Below, in pieces: positions 25,623-35,018 of a stretch of 35,018 nt of DNA (its first letter is position 1; every line of letters begins with the position of its first letter). The position numbers and the translations under genes are program-made. The notes below the pieces were generated by a model that had not been told where the DNA came from, searched no databases, and saw only the letters and a list, made by a program, of their open reading frames with translations. This DNA comes from Paramecium tetraurelia (lineage: Eukaryota), in the NCBI GenBank assembly GCA_000165425.1, contig CT868050.1, forward strand, positions 186,001 through 221,018. The letters run 5' to 3'.

Positions 25623-26199
25623 ATGCAAACATGTGAATATTCTAAAATAAGTTCAAACTCCACAGGAATGAATGTCACTCTTCGAGATTTATTAGATTAG
25701 CCAATTCACACCAAAACAGTCAAAGTAATTGAAGTGTTCATTAGTAAAACTTGTGCACATCATATAAGATGAGGGTGATTATGTGTATAATTGTTATAGT
25801 GCTCTTAATGTTTAAAATTAAGGAGAATTATTGGAACTTTATAATAGATGGCCTGGATAAATCGAGGAGGTGTATATAAAATAAAATGATTTGATTGGAA
25901 TCGATAGTGTGCTCTACAATATTCGAAGTGATTTCAGGTAGGATCTACAGGTTGAATTGATTTAGTATGGAGTTTCTAATAAACGCACTTAGAACATAAG
26001 GATAAATATTATAAAAAATAAGGAAGAGCAAATTGCTGAATAAGTGGAGAATATTCCATTAGATCCTAAAATAATAATTGGACACAAAGAGAATGTGTTT
26101 AAAGTAGAGATGAATGATGGAAGAGTGAATGATATAAATTTTTTGGTTATGAAAAATCAATACCCTCATTTAGTAGTCTAATATTTAGAAAAATTGTGA
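25623..26199 (+). CDS. Hypothetical protein (~183 aa) with biotinyl/lipoyl-like N-terminal domain and chromoshadow-like C-terminus
   Basis: One 25-nt intron at 25744-25768. N-terminal part VKVIEVFINEGDYV...PGQIEEVYIKQNDLI..DSVLYNI; C-terminal PKIIIG...FKVEM...KNQYPHLVVQYLEKL*. The start could alternatively be ATG25668. Confidence 0.7.
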
Positions 26200-26255
26200 A
26201 TAGCTATTACCATTATTATATATGATGAATGCATTTATAAATAAAAATAATTATA

Positions 26256-28554
26256 TCATAAAGGATGGAATTTCTATTAGATGTAGTAAGAGAAATATTG
26301 GGTTTTTATTATTTATTTGAAAATTTCATCCTCAGTTGAATTTAGTGTCTTCTCTTATATTTGATCTAGGTTGATTTCACCATCAACTTCCGGAATCAAA
26401 GAAAGTAAATTCACCTAAATGTAAGTTTTAGTATCCTCTAAGATTTTTAAACTCAAATTCAATGTTGCTTCATTGTTATCTGCTAAATAATGTCCTGGAA
26501 CACTTTATTGACGTATTGATTAATAAGTTTGGAATAAATTATAAAATAAGGTAGTGTACATCTTACTCTCTGTTAGATTCTTAGCTAAATTAAAAAATCT
26601 GAGTTTGTTAGCATCAAAAAACAATACTTGAGGTTGTTCATCAAAAAATGTTTCATCATCATCAATACCCAGATTACGTAATCCATTATCGTGATCTTTG
26701 ACAATCCCACAAATAATTGGAACTGGAGAATCAAGGATTGGCATTAATTAGGCAGTCAAAGCATGAATAGTAGGGTGTATATGTTAAAAGGGTTGAATCA
26801 TGTGTGGTAAAATCATTCTATTGAATATCTACTATATTTACAATAATGAACTTAGTAAAGTGCGGTTTTAACTAATTATGCAGATATTTTACTCCAACAT
26901 CATATTGATTAATAGTATTAAATAATGTGGTAATTCTATATGCGATAACGCATATGAGATTGCCCATTCGATTTCGTAATTTTGAACATTTGCACTATGA
27001 ATGAGTTATGATTTTATTGGAGTTTGTAAAAATTAATAATTGCATTCACTTATAAACTTGGAGTTCTGTAATTCTGTTAAAAAATTAAATAGTTCAGGTT
27101 TGAATGACTATTATTGTTATAGAATTAATTTTTACTGTATAGAATGAATTATCAATATTTCCTAGAGTATCCTCAAATTCTGAAACCATTGAATAGATTT
27201 CTGCTTTTTTGTATTTTAATGTGTCTAGGTGTAAACAGCATAATTACTTATTATAATTTTGATGACTTCGATGAAGAAATCAATAATTGGAGCTTTAGTG
27301 ATGAAACAATAGGTTTTGGAGAGTGAATAAAAGTATTTCTTTTGTAATTTTGAGTTATTGTTGGAAACATTGTAATCATAAAAGTCAGGAACATCAACAC
27401 AGACACAATATAATTAATGGTGAATATTAGTAATTGAGATTAGATCACTGATATTATCTGTATTAATTTAAGTAGCATTATTAATAATTTTATTGTTATT
27501 AAATGTTTATTCTGATTTCATAGTAATTACATATGCTCCTGCTAATCTATCATAACTTTAACCGCCCATCAGAATTCTAAAATATATGTTAGATAATGTA
27601 CGAATTCAAATTACTCATGGATAGAGTCTTCTCTTCTAATTTGACTTTTAATCCATATGGATGTATTTATTAAGGCAATAATATTAATTATTCCTTATAG
27701 CAAGATGTAGCAGATGAATGTTGAAATAATATCTCAGGTTTTAAGTTGACTTCCCTCTTTTCTAAAATATTACTAGTGAGCCCATTTAAAGTTTGTTTAG
27801 AGACACTAATAATGATAAATTCTTCAAATAATGAATATTATTATTGTTATTCCTATTACAATGATTATTTTTATGTTATTAATTATGATTCCATAGCAAT
27901 AGGTTCCTAAAATAACTGCTATGAACTAAAATTTGATTCCTCTCCTTTACATTATTCCAATTTCTTCTTAGAGTATTTCTGTATTATCTAATCAACTTTA
28001 GATGCATTATCATAATTGTATTCCTGCACTTAAATTTCTTAGACCACAACTTAATGTAATTCATCCTCACTATATTTTCTAAGTTCTACCACCTCAGGAC
28101 TGATGACTTCATCCTGTTCGTTATTACATTTCTTGGGACTCAAGTTATTCATATGCAAAGTTGTCTTCTTTGTCTCAAAGATTCTTTTCCCTAATTTTGA
28201 TATACATTCAGACTACTTTATGGTTAAATTGTTTAGGCCACCTTCTTATATCGATCTAATGACACCGCACTATAGAATTCATCTTATTTCAAAGCTAACT
28301 TTGATTTTTAATATGAAATACTTGCAATTCAAATCGCAATTATCCATTTTCTTTTTTCAACTAGTCTATTTATTAATCTTTGTCTTTTAATTGTATTTGG
28401 TAATGTGATATTTCACGAACCAAATCGTAATTCTTTTAAACCAATCTTTCCTACTTATTAGAGTGTTGCTTACATTTTTGTCTTCTAACAACTTAATCTG
28501 CATTTTGTACTCATCCATATCCAATATCTAAGACACATATTATTTCGATTTCAT
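26256..28554 (-). CDS. DENN-domain protein (Rab GEF family) with N-terminal coiled coil
   Basis: uDENN-like LFEEFIII...PYG and cDENN-like IMLEQNICIISQNRTLLS and PILDSPVPIICGI. Several short introns; TGA at 26258-26256. Confidence 0.82.
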
Positions 28555-28613
28555 AATTTATATATATTATATATATATACTTAATATTATATATTTATAA
28601 TTTAACAGCTACA

Positions 28614-29591
28614 ATGTTTGCATCCACTCCTAAAATTAAAACATATTAGTCATTACTCTAAAATTCTATCTAACATAAACCCATTCAATAACCAATTTTC
28701 GCAGAATTAACTCCCTCTACACCATAGAAGTTTAATATGTTGAAGAATGTGAAAGTGCTCAATGTCCCATCTCAACCAACTGAGAATAGTTTTAGATCCA
28801 GCAATGCTAAAAGAATATTAACACAAGATAGTCCATAAATAAATAAGGAGAATTCTAATTTTAGACTTGATTAATCCTCAAGCTAAATTGAAATTTAACT
28901 TAAACATTACATGTAAGAGAACAAAAAACTCAATGATTTGGTTTCCAAATTAACAAAAGAAAAACAAGAATTACTTGATTAAATTAATAATACAGATTTT
29001 AATGTCATCAAATAGAGAGTAGAAAGATTAGAATCTATCATTGATCATTAATCAGATGAAATTGAGGATTGGAAGAATAAATATAAAGATGTATGTTAAA
29101 CTGATTAAACCACATCTATCATCCAAAATATGGTATCTCAATTTTATTATCTTAGGAAACATAAATAGCATCATTGCTTAAGGAAAATGAAAAGCTAAAT
29201 AACAATAATTTAAGCGAAATTAAAAAAATTGGGAGTTTAGAATAGATTATCAAAGATCTAGAATACAAAGTGGCTGATTAAAACAATTAAATTATTGCCT
29301 ATGAAGAAGAACGAATCATATACCACGAATAACCAAATAATACAATAAATTAAAATTTGTTAGAATATGTATAACTTATAGAAAAAGTATTATATATAAA
29401 ATCATTGATAGAATATCACAGATATGTCTTAATATGAACAGGATAATCAATAGAAATATGAAAATTTGAGGGAAGAATTTAACAATCTCAATTCCAAAAT
29501 GAATTAGATTAATTTTTAAACCAATAATGTAAATCAATTTGCTGAAATCTTAAAAGAATTGAGAAATAATATTAACAAATAGACCAAATGA
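28614..29591 (+). CDS. Coiled-coil hypothetical protein
   Basis: MFASTPKIKTYQSLLQN... heptad-rich (ENKKLNDLVSKLTKEKQELL, EIEDWKNKY). Introns at ~29133-29155 and ~29387-29411; TGA at 29589-29591. Confidence 0.78.
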
Positions 29592-29649
29592 TAATTATTA
29601 TATAACACTTACTTAGAAATCAAATTTAGTTAACATAAAGATTTATTGA

Positions 29650-30645
29650 ATTCAATATATATAGAGGAAGCCTTTGATTACTTTATAAGTTCTTTGGTTT
29701 ATTAGGGATATATCCTTCTAAGCTGTAAATGTTATAGAAGAAGTTCTTTATTATTTGGAGTATCTGCATATCCGTGGATTTTATTTTATTCAATTTATGT
29801 CTCTTTTATCCTATTTAATCTCAATAAATTTCTAATTACACAGACAATTGTGCTAAAATAGAAGCCCACCTCAAGAAAAATTATAATTGATTTAAAGTTG
29901 TCATACAGAGTTTTACTTCCTTTAAATTTGCCCCAATATTTAATCTTTAATTTTAAGCCCTTTGATTGATGTATTAAAAACAGAAGTTTGGTTTTATCCT
30001 TCTATTTCTCATAATCCTATTGATTTTGTGATTTTCTTACACAATTCTTGAATATATCATTTCTATTCTTCACTTTTTCAATACTCGACAAGAAAGTGTG
30101 AACTTATATAATCTTGTTCAATTTCATCAATTTTTGATTGTGTTTCTTTCACATGAATACTTTTTATTGCAGCCCAATGACTTGTTGCAATAATTCAAAT
30201 TTGATAGATTTTTAGAAAGGTAAAGAACTATTAAAAATTAAGATAGATATACACAGAGGAATATTTATTAAAAAATAATTCCATAGTTCTCTAATTTTTC
30301 TAGGATTTTATCAAAATAGCTTAAAGATCTTTTATTTGGTGTTATAATAAAAATGATATAATAATACGACTAACTTTATCAATTATAATTTTGATCATAA
30401 TAAAGTTCTCTTCTTTCTCTACGCTCCTATCTCTCTTGATTCTTATTTCAATATCTATTAACTCTCTGTTTAAGCTAAATATTCTGAGATTCATCATTAG
30501 ACTCCTTTATATACTAAACTTATTATAATTTTATTGTATAATTCTCTTTGCTCTTTTTAGATTTAATCTAGCCAACTAATTGGATCGATAAGTAAATTTA
30601 ATCATTAAATTTAGATAAATTGAGTTGCTCCACTTTTAAATTCAT
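29650..30645 (-). pseudogene. Probable decayed gene
   Basis: Coding-like minus-strand stretches from ATG~30645 with an intron-like 25-mer (~30228-30252). No single frame can be restored because of several TGAs and frameshifts. Confidence 0.3.
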
Positions 30646-30715
30646 TCGGGGTAATCAAAATTTTATTTTTATCCTTTTATCTCCTTATTAATTATATAAA
30701 AATAATTTAATATAA

Positions 30716-33158
30716 TCAAATAAACAATAGTTTAAGATCTTAGGAGGTTGGTGGCTTTTACAGAATTTTATCGGCACCAGCGCTAAGGCAATTTTGTTGA
30801 GTCTTCATATCATTAAAAGCAGTCAACATATAGATTTTAGTAGTTGGACTTATCCGTTTGATTTCATTAATGCATTATAACCCATTCATTCCTGGCATAT
30901 TGAAATCTAAAAATACAACGTCATAACGCTGTTTCAAAACCATATCTATTGCTATTTGCCCTCCAAAAGCAGTATCTACCTTATAGATTCCTATTTTTGA
31001 TAACTATATTTTTAATAACATATTATTAAACGACTCATCATCTACGATTAAGACTTATAATTTTTCTTTTTTATTAATTTTTTTATGGAATGGAGCAAGT
31101 TGGTTTGTACTAATCATATTCTTATATGGAGAATGCACTGATACATCATAATCTATGGAATCGACACTAAACTAATCTTATTATTAGTGATGCTATTATT
31201 TATCATAATTTTTATAAATGACGAATTAAAAAGTTGAACCAACTCCAACTTATGATTCTAGATAAATGTACTACAAAGGTCCTATGTACCCACACAGCTA
31301 CTTGCAGATGATCAATCCCAAACCAACACCATTTCTAACTTTTTATACTAATACTCTACTTGTTTGTGTTGTTATCATCATCATAAGTGGCAAAGTTTCT
31401 GAAAAGCCGTCTTTAAATTTCTTGGGTGATTCCACTTCCGCTGTCATAAACTGTACATAGAATTAACCTTTATTGATTTCGAATTAGAGGATCAACATCA
31501 ACTACTGATTTATTAATATTAATTTAATCCTTAACATTAATGCAAAATTTGCAAATATCCATAGGTTCATCAGAAAAGATAATGGATATTTTTCCTTTTG
31601 ATGTGAATTTGATGGCATTTGATAGTAAATTAAAGAGGACTTACTTTATTCTCAATGGATCATTATTTAAAATTTAAGTAGATTTTAGTATAGAGACAAT
31701 CTCTAGCTGTAGGTTCTTCTTTTGTGTTTATATACGAAATACATTTTTTACATCTTGAATCAATTATAAAATATCAAACTCACTAATGGCTAGCTTTAAC
31801 TTCTATTATTTAATTTATGAGAAATCTTATAAATCATTAACAAAGGATTGTAGTATTTATACGTTTGTTTAGCACATCTCTAAATAGTTGCAACAAGATT
31901 GTATTTTCTCAAGTATTTCTGGGTTAGTTTTCATTTCAGACAATTCATATAAACTATCTTATACTAAAGTTATCATAGATTAAACAACACCTATTGGATT
32001 CTTCAAATCATGACTAACAGTAGCCAAAACACTGTCTTTATATTGATCTAGCTTTTCAAGCTAAGATATTTTGATTCTATCTGTTATTTCAATCAAAGAC
32101 ACTACAAAACTCTTTTAGTATTTCCAAATACATGGAGATACTAAAATATCATAAGTTTAATGATGATTATTATACATTAATCCCGTTAATTTTAACGGCA
32201 GACTTTCTTGAAGTTCTTTGTCTTAAGAGTTACTCATATATTAATAGAGAATGTAATTTAAAGACTAAGGATTGTCAATCATATTGATTTACTCTCCTGT
32301 TGCTTTTAAATTATTTAAAATGAGTTCTTGAGTTAAATTAACTTTTAAATTGCATAAAGAAATATTGGATTCATTACAATTGATAATCTAAATTTGATTA
32401 ATTTTTTAGTAAATGCTTTCAATAGTAGCAAACTCCTTGTTACAAGCCTAATTGACAAATAGGACTTCAAATTAATCTTGCATATTTTAATCTGAATTCA
32501 ACTTAATAACAAACAAGTTCTATTGTAGGCTATGGTTAAGCACTACCTCTTAATATGAAAGATCATGACTGAAATTAAATTTCTCAAAAAAACAGATCAA
32601 TTTCCTTCTCTCTCTCAAATAAATACTAATGGATATTGCAAGAATAAATATCCATTCAAAAGGTAATAGGATCCAATCAAAAATATTATCAAAATACAAA
32701 TAAGTAAATTACATTATTGTAAAGTAACATATTAGGTATTTCTTGTTGTTTAAACTTTGAGTAACATACATATAATATAATTACACATATCCGTTAATCA
32801 TGAATTAATCAACATACAAACTTAAATAGATCAAAATTGTTACAACATGAATGATTTTCCAATAATCATTACATGTTGAGTTCCTTTAAATACTCCATAT
32901 CTATAGCAGACTTGACAATGGAAAAACTATCAGGATTTATGATTCAACAGACTAATTGTCTTTAAATATTGCTGAAATAGTCAAAGCTAATTCCAAAAAC
33001 ATTTTAAAGGTTTCTATGAAAATCATTGGGCATTTATTTAACTTTTTCTGGAAAGTTTTAAAACTGTTCTGAACATCCTAATCTCGGAAGTTTAGAGTTG
33101 CATTCAAAAATGCATTTTCAGGTTAGAGATTTCTTGATATTTACAATAAATACTTCAT
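30716..33158 (-). CDS. Membrane hybrid histidine kinase (TM sensor - HisKA - HATPase_c - receiver)
   Basis: H-box LATVSHDLKNPI, N-box NLLSNAIKFT, G1 DSGSGI, G2 GVGLGLIICKQL and GVGSTF. Receiver motifs LIVDDESFN, VFLDFNMPGMNG and KPP. TGA at 30718-30716. Confidence 0.92.
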
Positions 33159-33516
33159 CTGAGAGTGATTATATATTACTTAATTATAAATTATTTTTAT
33201 TTCATGTAATACCATAACTTTGAAGATATATTTACGTAATGCTTATTTGTTCAATATTAATCAATTTGAACTCCAAAAAATTTATAAATTTCATCATCAT
33301 TTCTATCAAATAAAAATGTTTGCTCTTTTTTTTGCTTCACTATTTTGCAGCATATCTTAACTTATTCTGGATAACGCCAGAAAGAGTCGATAATTTGGAG
33401 ATTTGAATTTATCAGTTTAGAATTTTATAATGGGTAATCTTTTGAATCATATATTTTTTAATCAAATTATCTAAAACTTTGTAATAAGTTGATGATTATC
33501 GAAGCCTAATTTCAAA

Positions 33517-33608
33517 GGGGGTTGGGGTTTGGGTTTGGGGTTGGGGTTGGGGTTGGGGTTGGGTTTGGGTTTGGGTTTGGGTTTGGGGTTGGGTTTGGGG
33601 TTGGTTTC
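33517..33608 (+). repeat. Internal telomeric repeat tract (GGGGTT/GGGTTT mix)
   Basis: Direct reading; the G4T2/G3T3 mixture is characteristic of Paramecium macronuclear telomeres. Confidence 0.97.
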
Positions 33609-33758
33609 NNNNNNNNNNNNNNNNNNNNNNNNNNNNNNNNNNNNNNNNNNNNNNNNNNNNNNNNNNNNNNNNNNNNNNNNNNNNNNNNNNNNNNNNNNNN
33701 NNNNNNNNNNNNNNNNNNNNNNNNNNNNNNNNNNNNNNNNNNNNNNNNNNNNNNNNNN
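33609..33758. other. Assembly gap (150 N)
   Basis: Run of n. Confidence 0.99.
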
Positions 33759-34341
33759 AAAAGATTGCAAAACTTTCAGAAAAAAGGTGTATGGTTTATG
33801 ATTTGTGAAAAAAAAGCTAAAAATAAGGCAATATTTATAATAAAGGCGAGGATATCACAATATTTTTATTTAGAAACTCTAAACGCACAGAGGTGAAAAA
33901 ATTGGGCCGAACAATTTTAGAGAATACATATTTCACCTGTTCGTGACAGAAAGGATGAGTTTAAGGCTTATATAATTCTTCTCCACACCTGATCGTTATT
34001 GTAGTAAGCCCTTAATTCAAATAAAATAGCCTCATCATTTTCTGAAAAAAAGAGATCTATTTTGCAAAATAACCTCGTTCTATCTTCAACAATTAATTAG
34101 GTCTCTAATGTTGAGACAATGGCTCCTTTCTAATATAATTTCAGCAGACGTCATTTATTTTACATTAAATATCTCTAATAAAAATCCTTCTTAAATTCAA
34201 CATCGCCTCAACTTGACGTCCATTATCTTAGGCTTTAAGATTCTAATAAATAAGATGTTTAAGCCTAATTTTAACTCTTTAGATTTTAAGTCAATCTGTA
34301 AATATGAAAATAATAATAATAATTGATATGTAAATTATGCA

Positions 34342-34963
34342 TCACTGTTAACGACCTCTACGGATAGCAAGCATAACGATATCCGAGTCATAATATACTA
34401 CATTCGAGAATCCTAAACATTCCTTAGTTACACTATCTATCTGTTCATCGCTCACTGCTTGTATCAAGTCAAGTTCTCCCATTAGTAAGTATTTGGCCTT
34501 GTTAAACTAACATTTTCTACTTAATAAAAAGTCCTTCTGTAGCCTTAAGTTCGACTATATTTATTCAAAATTAAATTTTAAGAATAATTTCAGTCATTAT
34601 CACTCTATGTTCTTAGGCAAACTTAATAAGTCTGTCTGGAAATATTTCCTACGAAGAATTATCTCGTCCTGGTCTTCTTCGATTGATTTAGCAAGGTGCA
34701 TGACCTCCTCAATTATTTTGATGTCTTTGAGAAGTTCTTCATTAAATCGACTTGACGACCATTGGCGAGCCATGAGATTAGAGTCGATCTCGAGCCTCTT
34801 TTCGATTTCCCTGCCACTCTGAGAGTCTTAGTCAGACTATCTTTCTTCGACAATAGCTTGGACTTACATTTGTTCTTGTTCCTTCTTTTATTAGCTTAGG
34901 GTTCTAAATATTTATCTTATCTCAGAACTCTCTACAGAATTTGATCTGCTTGATTTCCTTTCA
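34342..34963 (-). pseudogene. Gene fragment apparently truncated at its 5' end by the telomere and interrupted by a 48-bp TA-bounded insertion
   Basis: Minus frame is open from the telomere junction (ERKSSRSNSVESSEIRQIF...EIEKRLEIDSNLMARQWSS...LPKNI). An AT-rich insert carries two TGAs, then the same frame resumes (QSNLRLQKDFLL...AIRRGRQQ*). Confidence 0.55.
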
Positions 34964-35018
34964 GGGTTTGGGTTTGGGTTTGGGGTTGGGTTTGGGGTTG
35001 GGGTTGGGGTTTTGGGTT
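34964..35018 (+). repeat. Terminal telomeric repeat (GGGTTT/GGGGTT)
   Basis: G-rich strand runs 5'->3' to the end of the window. Confidence 0.98.

Noticed and set aside
33471..33896. ORFs with GLGLGL/PKPNP repeats
   Set aside because: These are translations of telomeric repeats and the N gap.
1..35018. Standard-code ORF track entries taken as complete genes
   Set aside because: TAA/TAG encode Gln here. Most entries are fragments of longer genes or antisense shadows (e.g. 2346-2648, 4870-5094, 7206-7544, 17617-17802, 31266-31460).

Overview
This is AT-rich eukaryotic DNA from a Paramecium-like ciliate. TAA/TAG read as Gln and only TGA terminates. Genes are densely packed with tiny (~21-28 nt) GT-AG introns, and mixed G4T2/G3T3 telomeric repeats occur internally (33517-33608) and at the end (34964-35018). 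The supplied ORF track uses the standard code and fragments or misses most genes, so I re-translated by hand with code 6. The window is a subtelomeric region containing a Cdc15/MAP3K-epsilon-like kinase, importin beta, a methylisocitrate lyase, a pseudokinase-MORN protein, a PAP2 phosphatase, a DENN protein, a hybrid histidine kinase, several small hypothetical genes and a decayed APE+RT non-LTR retrotransposon. The most interesting element is an intronless 862-codon gene (17148-19736) absent from the ORF track. Its architecture is Ubl - ubiquitin(LRLRGG) - Hint/intein-like domain (C...TxxH...HN) - Ubl - Ubl(GG) - R-S-E ADP-ribosyltransferase - receiver-like domain. It looks like a self-processing, possibly E1-independent ubiquitin-activating ART polyprotein related to the ciliate BUBL genes. 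All domain calls come from manual motif reading; no database search was run.
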